This document shows positions 43,936-53,951 of a stretch of 64,000 nt of DNA, piece by piece; the stretch's first letter is position 1, and each line of letters begins with the position of its first letter. A model generated the notes under the pieces. It saw only the letters and a program-made list of their open reading frames with translations. It was not told the origin of the DNA and ran no database searches. The stretch is from IMG/VR virus record IMGVR_UViG_3300033121_001301, positions 1 to 64,000 of that record; one strand, given 5' to 3'. Source of the DNA: a virus. Lineage: Duplodnaviria; Caudoviricetes. A program made the position numbers and the translations under genes.

Positions 43936-45790
43936 GGTAGCTCCAGTCTCTTTCAAAAATTCACCAGAGTTAGCAAACTACGATCGAGGAGAAAAGGTTA
44001 GACGAACAAGCTATGTGCATCAGTTGCCCCACTTGTTCAATCTGAATGGTGTACCTTACAGCTTACAGCGATATGCTCCAATGGAGCCTATTTACACCCT
44101 TCCTCTACCCGAAATGCTTTGCATTGTCTCCGGTCGTCAGGTTTCCAAATCAACTGTGTTAGGTTGCCGACAGCTCACTATCGCGACTCATCGACCTAAC
44201 ACGGACATACTCACTATCCTACCCCGTTTCGAACAAACCCGCACCTTCAGTAGTGGAGTAGTTGCCCGATTTATTGCCGAATCAGATTTTGGTAAAACCT
44301 GGTGTGGCCCAAATGCCATGCAAAACGTGCTTCAACGCTCGTTTGCCAATGGAAGTAACCTCTACTTTTCTTACGCTGGTACAACTGGGAACACTGCTCA
44401 AAAGTCATCCGGTGACCGTGTCCGTGGTAAATCCATCGACATGGTCAACTATGACGAAAGCCAGGACATCGACTACAGCGTGGTGGCTGTTATCAATGAA
44501 ACCATGGCTGCTTCCGGTGTGGAAGGTACTACCTACACCGGAACTCCCAAGACTCTGACAACGACTTTGCAGAGTGCCTGGGACTATTCGAGTCAAGCTC
44601 GCTGGATCATCCCCTGCCATCACGGCGGCTGCAACTACAGAAACGTCTGCGATGAAGATCACCTGTGGAAGATGGTGGGAGAGTATCGAGCTAACATCTC
44701 CCTCAAAGAACCTGGGGTGGTTTGTTCAAAGTGCAGAAAGCCTGTTTTCCCTCACCACGGCTTCTGGCACCACAACGTAGCCAACCTTCGGTATCGCCGC
44801 CCTGGCTACCACATCCCTCAGCTGATCCTGCCACTTCACTACGCTGATCCCAGAAAGTGGAGACGTTTGATTGACAAGATGCGAGGTAAAGACGGCTTCA
44901 ATAAAGCCCGTTTTTACAACGAAGTTCTTGGTCTGCCTTATGACAAACTGTCTTCGCTCATCAGTCAGTCGGAGCTGCAAGCTGCTTCCAAATTAGACTG
45001 GCATGGTCAGGATCTGGAAAAAGCCCTGGCTGCAAGTCACAACTACGACATAGTCATCATGTCTGTGGATTGGAGCGGTGGTGGCAGTCTGACCGGGGAG
45101 GAATCCTTTTCACACACGGCTGTAGCTATCATGGGCTACTCGGGCATCGACAACAGAATCGATGTTATCTACGGTGAAAAGTTCGACGTGTCGATGGACA
45201 CTTTCGGTGAAGCTGACAAGCTGATGTACCTGTACAGGATGTTCAACTGTGATCAGCTGGTTCATGATTACACTGGTGCTGGTGGTGTTCGAGAGACCAT
45301 CATGATTCACCAGGGTGTGGATGTCGAGAAGATCTGGCCAGCCAAGTTCATTCCAGCCACCCGAGGTCCAGCTGTTCGAGCTGTTCATGGAGTGCTTCCC
45401 AACACTCCACGTATCGTGTGGCAGGTGGAAAAGACTCGATGTGTGCAGCTGGTGTGTGCTGCGATCAAGATGAAGTTAATCAACTTCTTTAAGAATGATT
45501 TCAAGGATCAGAATGACCCCGGCTTGATCGCTGACTTTCTGGCGTTTGTGCAGCATAAGATCCAGACTGTTCGAGCTGCGGAAACTTACACTATCCGCAG
45601 AAACCCCAACAAGTCTGACGACTTTGCCATGGCCGTATGCCAGGGAGCCGTAGCTATCTGGCACATGCTGCAGGCTTGGCCTAACTTCGGTATCAACATC
45701 TACGACAACGAAGATGACCTTGCTCGAGAAGCTGCTGATTACGAAGACATGGTCAAGACACTGGGGATGTCTCTGAACAACTCTTACTAG
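43934..45790 (+). CDS. terL: Terminase large subunit (GpA-like)
   Basis: Walker A variant SGRQVSKST, Walker B NYDESQD, coupling motif TGTPKT, nuclease MSVDW and DDFAMA, Cys insert PCHHGGC...CSKC. The start is uncertain. Confidence 0.9.
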   Translation: MVAPVSFKNSPELANYDRGEKVRRTSYVHQLPHLFNLNGVPYSLQRYAPMEPIYTLPLPEMLCIVSGRQVSKSTVLGCRQLTIATHRPNTDILTILPRFEQTRTFSSGVVARFIAESDFGKTWCGPNAMQNVLQRSFANGSNLYFSYAGTTGNTAQKSSGDRVRGKSIDMVNYDESQDIDYSVVAVINETMAASGVEGTTYTGTPKTLTTTLQSAWDYSSQARWIIPCHHGGCNYRNVCDEDHLWKMVGEYRANISLKEPGVVCSKCRKPVFPHHGFWHHNVANLRYRRPGYHIPQLILPLHYADPRKWRRLIDKMRGKDGFNKARFYNEVLGLPYDKLSSLISQSELQAASKLDWHGQDLEKALAASHNYDIVIMSVDWSGGGSLTGEESFSHTAVAIMGYSGIDNRIDVIYGEKFDVSMDTFGEADKLMYLYRMFNCDQLVHDYTGAGGVRETIMIHQGVDVEKIWPAKFIPATRGPAVRAVHGVLPNTPRIVWQVEKTRCVQLVCAAIKMKLINFFKNDFKDQNDPGLIADFLAFVQHKIQTVRAAETYTIRRNPNKSDDFAMAVCQGAVAIWHMLQAWPNFGINIYDNEDDLAREAADYEDMVKTLGMSLNNSY

Positions 45791-47117
45791 GGTTTAAGAA
45801 CGTCGACAGTTCCAGCGCGTACTTGGAGTATCGACGATCGAACTCCAGTTGTACGTTGTTGACCATGCATTCTCGAAGAAGCACATCAAAGGCTCTTTTC
45901 TCTAACTCTCGACCAGCAGTGAAAACCAAGGTCCAGTCTTTCGACTGCAGCTCGCAGTGATAGGTGACATTTCGACCTTGTTTAACAGCGTTCTTCACCA
46001 CCAGGTTGGCACCCAGAATGACTCGGTTGTTGATATCAACCCATCTGTTACCTTCGTTGAACACCACAACACCTTCCGGTAATCGTCTGCTGAACTTCTG
46101 CAACAGCAAGCTGGCTTCAATGTCTTTCCAGCTCTCTGCTGGCAGGTGCTTGGCTATCTCCTGAATGTCATTTCCAGGAAGCTTTGATCGATTCAGCAAA
46201 GCAGCTGCAAGTTCCCAAGGCAGCTTAATCAGGTTCCTGGCAATGGTGGTAGACCAGTGCGATCCCTCCAGTAGTGCCTTCTCAACAAGAGCTGGCACCA
46301 TGGGGGCATTTACTTTTTTCTCCTCACTGCCACGGTGCGTGATCGAGTAAGTCTTGCCATTGATTTTCGGCATCTTAGCGATCGAGTCTGGTGAGAAGTG
46401 AGTAAACGCAGCAGTGTGATTGGCTATGTCTGAGTTTCTGAAATTCAGGTTGTTGGTGCAGAGATAGCCAAGTGGGAGATTTGTCTTTCCCAGAGAAGCC
46501 TGGTAAGCGTGGCTCCGGATAACCAGGGCGGGATCTTCCAGCAGTACAGACTCTACCTGATTGTCACTTGGTAGAAACCCGATCTTGGGATTGTCTACCA
46601 CAGTAAGCACTTCAGTCCAGGTTTTAGAGTGGCTGATTTTCACCAGGCAAAAACCGGTGATTCTCCCAGGAGCGTCTTCCAGTTTCATCACCAGGAAAGG
46701 TGGAGCCAGTTTCAAGTAGCCTGCTGGACTCCATCGTTCCAGCAGAGAAGCCTGCTCGAGATCGAAAGCTACCCTGACATACTTGGTTAAGTACTCAGTG
46801 TAAGCCAGGCATTTGCTGACTGTTTCATCCTTGGTCATGACATTCCACACCGAGTTGGCTTTGTCGATCTCGTTGAGGAAGATGTCGTGATAACCGACCA
46901 TCACCCGTTGTTCGATGTCTGGAAGGCTGCTGAGGTAGGCAGTATTAGCTACCTTGACCCGAGAGAAGCCATAGCCACAAGTGGGGCAATACACCCAGTC
47001 TTTTTTGCTGTGTTTAACGAAGGATTTCTTGCACAATTTGCAGATAGCTGCTGGTATTTGCTCATCCGGAATCGTTAAACCATGTTCAAAAGTCACAGCG
47101 TCGGCTATCATACTCAT
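45753..47117 (-). CDS. Zinc-finger protein, possibly a degenerate primase-like protein
   Basis: CKLC...CPTC at the N-terminus. LVMKLEDAPGRITGF resembles primase FP..D..GR..GF. Confidence 0.75.
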   Translation of the reverse strand: MSMIADAVTFEHGLTIPDEQIPAAICKLCKKSFVKHSKKDWVYCPTCGYGFSRVKVANTAYLSSLPDIEQRVMVGYHDIFLNEIDKANSVWNVMTKDETVSKCLAYTEYLTKYVRVAFDLEQASLLERWSPAGYLKLAPPFLVMKLEDAPGRITGFCLVKISHSKTWTEVLTVVDNPKIGFLPSDNQVESVLLEDPALVIRSHAYQASLGKTNLPLGYLCTNNLNFRNSDIANHTAAFTHFSPDSIAKMPKINGKTYSITHRGSEEKKVNAPMVPALVEKALLEGSHWSTTIARNLIKLPWELAAALLNRSKLPGNDIQEIAKHLPAESWKDIEASLLLQKFSRRLPEGVVVFNEGNRWVDINNRVILGANLVVKNAVKQGRNVTYHCELQSKDWTLVFTAGRELEKRAFDVLLRECMVNNVQLEFDRRYSKYALELSTFLNPSKSCSETSPVS

Positions 47118-47144
47118 GTCCTGGATTCTCCATAGGAGTTACGC

Positions 47145-48290
47145 ATGTCTGCTAAGATTATCGACCACGTCAATGACCCAACCCGCGTTCATCTGATGAA
47201 CAAGATCGCCAGTCACTACACTATCCCCGATTTTGTCCTCGACATGCCGGAAGATGATTTACAGCCACCCGCAGCTGGTGAACACATCTACGCCATGCCA
47301 GCCAAAAAGATGTTCCCCATCCACAACAAGGCTGCAGCTGTTCTCAGCGCCATCTACTACGATTCTATCAAGGAACAGCCTTTTGAAAGATCCGAAGGCA
47401 TTCTGATGAAGAACGCCAAAGAAAAGCTGGAAACAGCTCTTACTCTCTTTGGTGAAGCCTGGCCCCAGAAGAAAGCCGCAGATGATCCAGTTCTTCGAGC
47501 TGAAGACTGTCTGGTGACTATCAAGAAAGAAGATGGCACAGAACAGTACCTTTTACCAGTTCGAAACGTGTTTGAGCTCAAGCGAGCTATTCACTATCTG
47601 GATGGCTTCAAAGACCACATGCCCATTGCTGCCAAGAAGATGATTGCAGAAGGTTTAACTAAACGGATCCAGAGCGATCAGAGCGAGCACCTTCTCAAGC
47701 TTGGCTTTACTCGCGAGTCTTTGAGTAATCGACTTGAAGATTATCAGGTCATTCTGGGCAACTACTATCTCAACAAGGATGAAGTACTTCCCCGCCTGAA
47801 GCGAGCAAGCCTGTATCTCAAGGCCAAGGGTCTGTCTGAGGCTGAAGCCGACTTCAACAAGGTAGCTGAAGAAGTAGAGAAGGCCGACTTGTTTGTTCCA
47901 GGTCCAGTGGCTGAAGCTGTCGATCAGGTCTTTACCAAGTACTCGGAAGAAGTGGGTCGACCTAACTTTATCAAGATCACCCAGAAAGCTTTTGATGAAT
48001 ACTGCAATCAGCTCATCACTCTTCCAAACGCCAGCGTAATCAAATCTGCAGAGCTTCTGAAGCTGAAGAAGGCTGACTTCGCTGAGATCCTGGAACTTGA
48101 TGCTGATTCTTTTGCTGACTCGACTGGCCTTTACCTGGAGCCAGGATTAGTGATTGCACAGATTAAGCGGGCTTCAGTCACTCAAGCAGATCGATTGATC
48201 AAGTCCATGAAGTTCAACAAGCTGGCTATCGAATACGAAGCCAGCGACTCTTATGAGCTGACTCAGGTAGATATGTCCAAGCTGATCTAA
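47145..48290 (+). CDS. Hypothetical protein, possibly head-morphogenesis related
   Basis: RBS AGGAG, 381 aa. Two similar internal motifs FPIHNKAAA and LPVRNVFEL. Confidence 0.8.
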   Translation: MSAKIIDHVNDPTRVHLMNKIASHYTIPDFVLDMPEDDLQPPAAGEHIYAMPAKKMFPIHNKAAAVLSAIYYDSIKEQPFERSEGILMKNAKEKLETALTLFGEAWPQKKAADDPVLRAEDCLVTIKKEDGTEQYLLPVRNVFELKRAIHYLDGFKDHMPIAAKKMIAEGLTKRIQSDQSEHLLKLGFTRESLSNRLEDYQVILGNYYLNKDEVLPRLKRASLYLKAKGLSEAEADFNKVAEEVEKADLFVPGPVAEAVDQVFTKYSEEVGRPNFIKITQKAFDEYCNQLITLPNASVIKSAELLKLKKADFAEILELDADSFADSTGLYLEPGLVIAQIKRASVTQADRLIKSMKFNKLAIEYEASDSYELTQVDMSKLI

Positions 48291-49099
48291 GCATCCAGCG
48301 AGGCTTCTTCCTCTTCAATTTTCTGAATGTTGAGACTGGCTGCTCTTTTGAGTTCAGCCAGTTTTTCTTTTATGTCCTGGCTTTCGTACAGCGTCTCCAG
48401 CTGGGAGTACATCTTCCACAGGCTGATGTAGACGGCTTTCTCGATATCCAGTGTTTTGGTTTTTTGGTTGTAGACCGTATCGGCATAGAAGGCCGGGTCA
48501 AAGCTCATGTCGCTACCAGGCGCATCAATGCTGTTGCCAATGAATGGCAGCAGCATGCTAGGTGGGCTGGTGATGCCTTCATCCTGGCAGGCGGCATAGA
48601 TGTAAGCCGAGATCTCTTCTGAGAACACGATCTGGTTGTTTGGATCGAGATCGAGAAGCTCAGCTTCTGTGATCGCCCAGCACATCTCAGCAACTGTAGC
48701 TGGATCAAACTCATCAGTGATCGGTGAGCCAGAAAGAACGTTGCACAGTGGTACGAATGTTCGAAGGTCGTTCCAGAAAAGATCGGTGGTGGCTATGGTG
48801 ATGCCAGCCATCAGCCTGTCGAAGCAACCCTGGGGGATAGGGCCGAAGTCTTCTTCGAGAACGTGCAAAAGAGTGGAAGGGCTCCACTTAAAGAAATTGG
48901 GCTCCTCCATACTGTCTTCTGGAGAAGCCGAAGCTGCTGCTCTTTCCATCTCGTCATGGAAATGCTGAATAGCTCCCATCAACAGGGGAGTGGCAAAGCT
49001 CTCACTGTTCTTTAGGAGCTTCTTTAGGTGCTGACTTGGGTTCAGCCGCTGGGGCAGCTGCAGCCTTTTGTCGGGCTCTTTCCGAATAGACATTGCCAT
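48287..49099 (-). CDS. Hypothetical acidic helical protein
   Basis: 270-aa ORF with a convergent 4-nt overlap with 47145-48290. Confidence 0.75.
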   Translation of the reverse strand: MAMSIRKEPDKRLQLPQRLNPSQHLKKLLKNSESFATPLLMGAIQHFHDEMERAAASASPEDSMEEPNFFKWSPSTLLHVLEEDFGPIPQGCFDRLMAGITIATTDLFWNDLRTFVPLCNVLSGSPITDEFDPATVAEMCWAITEAELLDLDPNNQIVFSEEISAYIYAACQDEGITSPPSMLLPFIGNSIDAPGSDMSFDPAFYADTVYNQKTKTLDIEKAVYISLWKMYSQLETLYESQDIKEKLAELKRAASLNIQKIEEEEASLDA

Positions 49100-49670
49100 A
49101 AATTCGATTCACCGAATAAGCGACTGTTTCGAGCGGCATCGATTCGATGCGAGCTTTGTCGTTTTTCATCATATCGTAAAAGAACGTGGAATTGAATAGC
49201 TTTATGTACCTGCGATCAGTGATGAGAATGCGAATGTGCGGTAAAGCAGCTATGGGTTCTGTAGCTGTCACCGCAGTCTGATCAGTACCAGCGGCTGCTT
49301 GACCTTCTGCTGCGACTGGTTCTGGCTTGGGTTCTGCCTTGCTGGCTTTATTGTTTTTTTCCCAGATCTTGCAGAAGTCAGAAACACCCTCAATGAGTTC
49401 TTTAGCCTGGAAGCTAAGGAACCCAAGAAGGTGATCTACAGTCAACCCCAACCCACCCTGGAGAATAGTTCCGAAGGTGAGATCGATCAATGGGCCTGTG
49501 TCCGGATGAGTGTTGGTCAGGTACTTTTGCATCATGGCAACGTAGACTGACCTGGAAAATGGACTCAAGCTCTCATTGAACGATGCCTTGTTATTCACGT
49601 CACACTCCGAGAAAAGTGAAGTTGCCGTGCAGCTCGTACTCAAGGTTTCCCTGTTGCTTGCACTGCTCAA
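49002..49670 (-). CDS. Hypothetical protein
   Basis: Ala/Pro/Glu/Lys linkers. The true start is probably downstream of 49670. Confidence 0.65.
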   Translation of the reverse strand: MSSASNRETLSTSCTATSLFSECDVNNKASFNESLSPFSRSVYVAMMQKYLTNTHPDTGPLIDLTFGTILQGGLGLTVDHLLGFLSFQAKELIEGVSDFCKIWEKNNKASKAEPKPEPVAAEGQAAAGTDQTAVTATEPIAALPHIRILITDRRYIKLFNSTFFYDMMKNDKARIESMPLETVAYSVNRIYGNVYSERARQKAAAAPAAEPKSAPKEAPKEQ

Positions 49671-49878
49671 CTTCTTCTGATGCTAACCGCCTGTTCTGTA
49701 ATTTATCAACTGGATAAGGATCGTGACATAGGGTGGCAGTATTCACAGGAGCTTGCTTTCTCAATTCCTTGATTGCAACCCTGTGCCAGTCAGCACCTAG
49801 AGCTTCTGCTTCAGCTGGGTTACATCTAAAAAAAGCATCCACACCACCGGTGGTGTTCGTAAAGCTGATCAAACGCAT
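49600..49878 (-). CDS. Small hypothetical protein
   Basis: RBS AGGAG then ATG at 49878. Confidence 0.55.
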   Translation of the reverse strand: MRLISFTNTTGGVDAFFRCNPAEAEALGADWHRVAIKELRKQAPVNTATLCHDPYPVDKLQNRRLASEEVEQCKQQGNLEYELHGNFTFLGV

Positions 49879-50002
49879 GAGAGTTTCTCCTAGCTAAATT
49901 GTCTCAAATACATTGTGACGCATTTTGACCTTCAATTAAGCTATCTCCTAGACAGCAGTTGTTTTACTGATACGATAGTGTTGTCATATTTCGGAGTGTG
50001 AA

Positions 50003-51199
50003 ATGTCCAGAAAGCCGAGTGAGACTCTCGATGTATCGAAGCTGATTGATGATGGTTCAGGTGCGAATAGAGACTTGCGAGACCGGTATGAGTTTGTGGA
50101 TGACGATTCGGTATCACAGACAACTGGTCATGGTGTTAATCTTCCTCCTGTTCGTGTTCCATCTTCCAAAGCAGCTGAGCACGGCGGCTCTTATGGCTAC
50201 GAGCCTAGCAAAGGCTCGTCCATGACGGTGGATTGTGGCGGTCAAAAGTTCACGATCCCCAGTCTGGTTGACCTCCCTGCCGAAGTCAAACAAGCAATCA
50301 ATGCTGAACTGGCTATGGCAAATAATGACTCCGATCTGGATGGCTCAGACTTTGGCAAAACCATCGCCAAGGTCTTTAAGAAGTATCTGGCTATCCAACA
50401 CGAAGATGGCTTGTTACCACCTTTGAAAACCTGGGTCAATGGAAACAAAGATCCATTCAAAAGAACCGTCAACCTTCCACCACCCATCTGCATGTCTGAC
50501 CCAAGGTTCAAGAAGTCGGCAGCAGTAACACCACCAGCAACGGGAGCGCAGAAAATGCAACAGGGTTATTTCTCTCCAGCAGTAGCGGCAGGTCGTCCAG
50601 CGGCAGCAGGCATGAGTCCAGATCAACGTGCAGCTTTTGCCAACTTCAATCCACCAGGTTCTCCCAATACTGTCAGCCTGCCACCACAAGCTGCTCCTCG
50701 AAGGGAAGCCCAACCTCCAGCTCCCGCTCGCCAGGTAGTTGCTCCGCAAGTACCCAACCCTGAGATTGTGGTTGCTTTCCAATCTGCAATGGGCAGCATT
50801 CGTTCCCGTTACCACCATGTTCAACTGGTATCTGGAACCCCCATCTACAATCCAGACACCAATGAAACTCTGGAAACCTTCTATCTCGTTCTCAGCAAGA
50901 ACTCCCTGAATCCTGGTGCTGGTGACGACTTTGTACCAATCTCACCAGCCCCTGGGACCGAGACACTGGTTATTCTTGCTGACAACACGATCCTGCGATT
51001 GCACTATGTTTTGCTGCAACACAGCATCCGTTCAGTGACTCACACCATTCTGTCTGTATCTCATTTTGTTGAAACTCCTCAGTATAATGAGCCAAGTTTG
51101 CCTCAAAGTGAGACTGATCCTTTGAGCGATCATGCCATGGCACAGGCGGCTCCTATCCCTGTGGAGATGAGTCCAGAGGATGCGGTTAGCGGTCTTTAA
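50003..51199 (+). CDS. Hypothetical protein with Pro/Ala-rich linker
   Basis: 398 aa, GGAG upstream, followed by a terminator. Confidence 0.8.
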   Translation: MSRKPSETLDVSKLIDDGSGANRDLRDRYEFVDDDSVSQTTGHGVNLPPVRVPSSKAAEHGGSYGYEPSKGSSMTVDCGGQKFTIPSLVDLPAEVKQAINAELAMANNDSDLDGSDFGKTIAKVFKKYLAIQHEDGLLPPLKTWVNGNKDPFKRTVNLPPPICMSDPRFKKSAAVTPPATGAQKMQQGYFSPAVAAGRPAAAGMSPDQRAAFANFNPPGSPNTVSLPPQAAPRREAQPPAPARQVVAPQVPNPEIVVAFQSAMGSIRSRYHHVQLVSGTPIYNPDTNETLETFYLVLSKNSLNPGAGDDFVPISPAPGTETLVILADNTILRLHYVLLQHSIRSVTHTILSVSHFVETPQYNEPSLPQSETDPLSDHAMAQAAPIPVEMSPEDAVSGL

Positions 51200-51224
51200 G
51201 CCCCGATAACCCTTTCAGATAACC

Positions 51225-51263
51225 GAAGGCTCAGCTATCATAATGCTGAGCCTTCTTTTATTT
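51225..51263 (+). terminator. Intrinsic terminator
   Basis: GAAGGCTCAGC-N9-GCTGAGCCTTC-TTTTATTT. Confidence 0.8.
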
Positions 51264-51275
51264 GAGAGCCAAAGT

Positions 51276-53168
51276 ATGCTTCCTTCTCGAAAGTCCAACG
51301 TATTTGATGTCGGGGGGATGTCATCTACCGTAAGTGGTTTTTATCCAGATCCCTGGACAACAATTTCTTCTACCACTGACCCTCAAAGCATTCGCCATTT
51401 GATGGTGATGGCTGAAAGGCTGGTATTCCACAACCCCCTGTTGTTTCGGGGTTACCAGCGAGTAGTAGCCTTCCTCATCACCAAAGTGCAGATCGAAGAC
51501 TGCTCTGATGATGAGCGAGACAAGTACCTTGAGTACCTGAATGAACGATTGAAGATCATCACCGTGCTGCATGAAGTAGCTATGGATTGGATCATCTACA
51601 ACAACTTCTTCGGCAGCATGCAGACTCCGTTCACCCGCTACCTGATGTGCAAGAAGTGTCGCAAGTACCAGGCTCCACTGGAAAACGTTGACTACGAATT
51701 CATTGACTTCAAATTCTTTGCCAAGTGTCCCAAGTGCAAGACTAAGGGTGAATGGCACCGTTACGAGATCTACAACCAGGATCAGAAGCGAATGACTCTG
51801 CGGCGCTGGAGCCCGCATGAGATGGAAATCAAGGAAGTTGAAACCACCAAAGACAAGATCTTCTTCTGGAAGATGAATCCCACTATCCGAGAACGAATCA
51901 GAAAAGGTGATCCCGATTATCTGAAGTGGACACCGTGGATTGAAGTGGAATGCGTTCAGAAGAACATGTGGTTGAAGTTCAATCCTGATCAGATTATCCA
52001 CCTCTGTACAGCCCCACCAGCTGGCTATCGCACTGGTGGCTGGGGAATTCCATTCGTACTCAGCTTGAAACCCGAGCTGTACCGCTACCAGGTTCTTCGC
52101 CGCCATGACGAAGGCATCTGCCACGAAAGTGTGGTTCCAGCCAAGTTCATCTCCCCACAGATGGGAACCAAGGTAGGTGTGCCTGGTACTAACAACATCA
52201 TGGATCCTTCAATCCTGACTAACATCGGTGCCAACTTCATTGGCAACATGACCAAAGTACTGAATGCCCGTCGAAAAGACCCTCACGGTACTTTCCTGCT
52301 TCCTCACCCAATCAACATTCAGACCATGGGTGGAGATGCCAAGAATCTGGTACCTCGCGATATCATGGACTCGACTGCGGACTTCCTGCTCAATGCTGGT
52401 GGCATCCCTGTAGACTTCTACAAGGCGACCTTCAACACCCAGGCGGCTCCACTGGGCCTTCGACTGGTGCAGTCAGGCTGGTCTCTGTTGTTTGAGTGCC
52501 TTAACCAGCTGCTCGAGTTCATCATGGCCAGAACCAGTCGTGTTCTGCAGACTGAGCCAGCTAAAGCCAAGCTGGTCAAGCCAAGCGACACCGACGACAT
52601 CAACCGCGCGATGATGGTTGCCAACCTCATGCAGGCTGGTAAGGTCTCCGATGAGACTGGTCTGGGTCTACTCAACCTGGATGCCAAGGAAGAGCTGAAT
52701 CGAACCATCTACGGTCAGATTCAAGCTGCCAAGGCTACCAAGAAGATGAACGAGACCATCGAGAAAGAAGGTCTCACCGACATGCTCAACCAGGGCACCA
52801 CTCCTACCATGCAGGCTCAAGCTCAACAGCAGCAGGGTGGTGGTGCCCCTGGAGGCGGTGGTGGTGATCCTTCTCAGCAGCAGGGTGGCGGTGGACCGCC
52901 TCCACTGGTGTCTGACCCCAATACCAAGATGAGCCCTGTTGAAATGGTTCAACGGGCTCAGGCTTGGGCTGAGTACCTGATGGGACTCAGCGTGAGCAAC
53001 CGTCAGTACTACCTGCAGTATCTCAGCAAGCTTCGTCAGGATGAACCCAACATTCACAGTATGGTCATCACGATGATGGAGAAGCAGCGTAACCAGATCC
53101 GTCAACAGGCTGGTGACGCAGCTATGCAGCAACAGTATGGCGGTGGAGCACAACAACCAGCAGCTTAA
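51276..53168 (+). CDS. Probable portal protein with zinc-finger insertion and Gln/Gly-rich tail
   Basis: FNPDQIIHL and GWGIPFVLSL...LRR...P..FI are portal-like motifs. Contains CKKC...CPKC. The size fits a portal. The ATG at 51243 lies inside the terminator, so the start is 51276 or 51318. Confidence 0.65.
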   Translation: MLPSRKSNVFDVGGMSSTVSGFYPDPWTTISSTTDPQSIRHLMVMAERLVFHNPLLFRGYQRVVAFLITKVQIEDCSDDERDKYLEYLNERLKIITVLHEVAMDWIIYNNFFGSMQTPFTRYLMCKKCRKYQAPLENVDYEFIDFKFFAKCPKCKTKGEWHRYEIYNQDQKRMTLRRWSPHEMEIKEVETTKDKIFFWKMNPTIRERIRKGDPDYLKWTPWIEVECVQKNMWLKFNPDQIIHLCTAPPAGYRTGGWGIPFVLSLKPELYRYQVLRRHDEGICHESVVPAKFISPQMGTKVGVPGTNNIMDPSILTNIGANFIGNMTKVLNARRKDPHGTFLLPHPINIQTMGGDAKNLVPRDIMDSTADFLLNAGGIPVDFYKATFNTQAAPLGLRLVQSGWSLLFECLNQLLEFIMARTSRVLQTEPAKAKLVKPSDTDDINRAMMVANLMQAGKVSDETGLGLLNLDAKEELNRTIYGQIQAAKATKKMNETIEKEGLTDMLNQGTTPTMQAQAQQQQGGGAPGGGGGDPSQQQGGGGPPPLVSDPNTKMSPVEMVQRAQAWAEYLMGLSVSNRQYYLQYLSKLRQDEPNIHSMVITMMEKQRNQIRQQAGDAAMQQQYGGGAQQPAA

Positions 53169-53497
53169 GAGCCCAGCACAACGGTCTTTACTGCTTTGCC
53201 ATTGTTGTAAACAACAGTCAGTGTTTTGTGGCCGGTCACTCTGAGAAAGTCTTCTTGAGACTTCCCAGAAAGACCGGCTACACTTCTTTTCAACTCACTA
53301 AGAACACCACGAATTTGCAACGTATTGGATGGTGCAGCTGCTGAAGGTGCTCCACAGCAACCTGAAGAAGCTGGAGCTTGTCTCTGGTTACCTATCTCAG
53401 CAAGTCTCTTCCTGGCTGCAGCCAATATGGGAAACTGCTTGACAACATCATTGTTGGCAAGCAATCGAGTGATGAGTGCTTCATCTAAAGCTGCCAT
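53165..53497 (-). CDS. Small hypothetical protein
   Basis: 110 aa with a GCCG motif, convergent with the portal-like gene. Confidence 0.7.
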   Translation of the reverse strand: MAALDEALITRLLANNDVVKQFPILAAARKRLAEIGNQRQAPASSGCCGAPSAAAPSNTLQIRGVLSELKRSVAGLSGKSQEDFLRVTGHKTLTVVYNNGKAVKTVVLGS

Positions 53498-53499
53498 GA

Positions 53500-53925
53500 T
53501 TACGGGCTCACCAGGAAGCTGTTAGTTGTAAAGGATTCACCCAGGATACCTGACAGTACATACTCTACTTGCAGGCTGGCTTCAGCTGCATCCAGTGCAG
53601 CAGTCAATGCGTCGACCCGCTTCTGATAATCATCCTTGAGCTGCGGAATGCTCGTAGCGTCAAGATAGTAGTCTTCAAACACACTTGTCCGGAACTTGAG
53701 AGGGAATTCAGATTCTGGATCTGGTTCATCTTTGGGAATCGCCCCCAACTGGTAGGGGTTGGCAATCCCCTCAAACTTGTCGTTGTCTCCGTCTGTTTTC
53801 GTGTAGACAAATATTTCTTTGTCCATGTTGTTCGCAGATTCAGCTGTGACTCTGAACAGGTACGAAGGCATGGAGATGGAGATGTTAGACATCTCGAATT
53901 TCAAATTGACGCTATGTGGACCCAT
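53500..53925 (-). CDS. Hypothetical, probably structural protein
   Basis: 141 aa, operonic with the glycosyltransferase and tail genes. Confidence 0.7.
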   Translation of the reverse strand: MGPHSVNLKFEMSNISISMPSYLFRVTAESANNMDKEIFVYTKTDGDNDKFEGIANPYQLGAIPKDEPDPESEFPLKFRTSVFEDYYLDATSIPQLKDDYQKRVDALTAALDAAEASLQVEYVLSGILGESFTTNSFLVSP

Positions 53926-53951
53926 GGTAACCCCTGGAAATTAGCTTAGCA

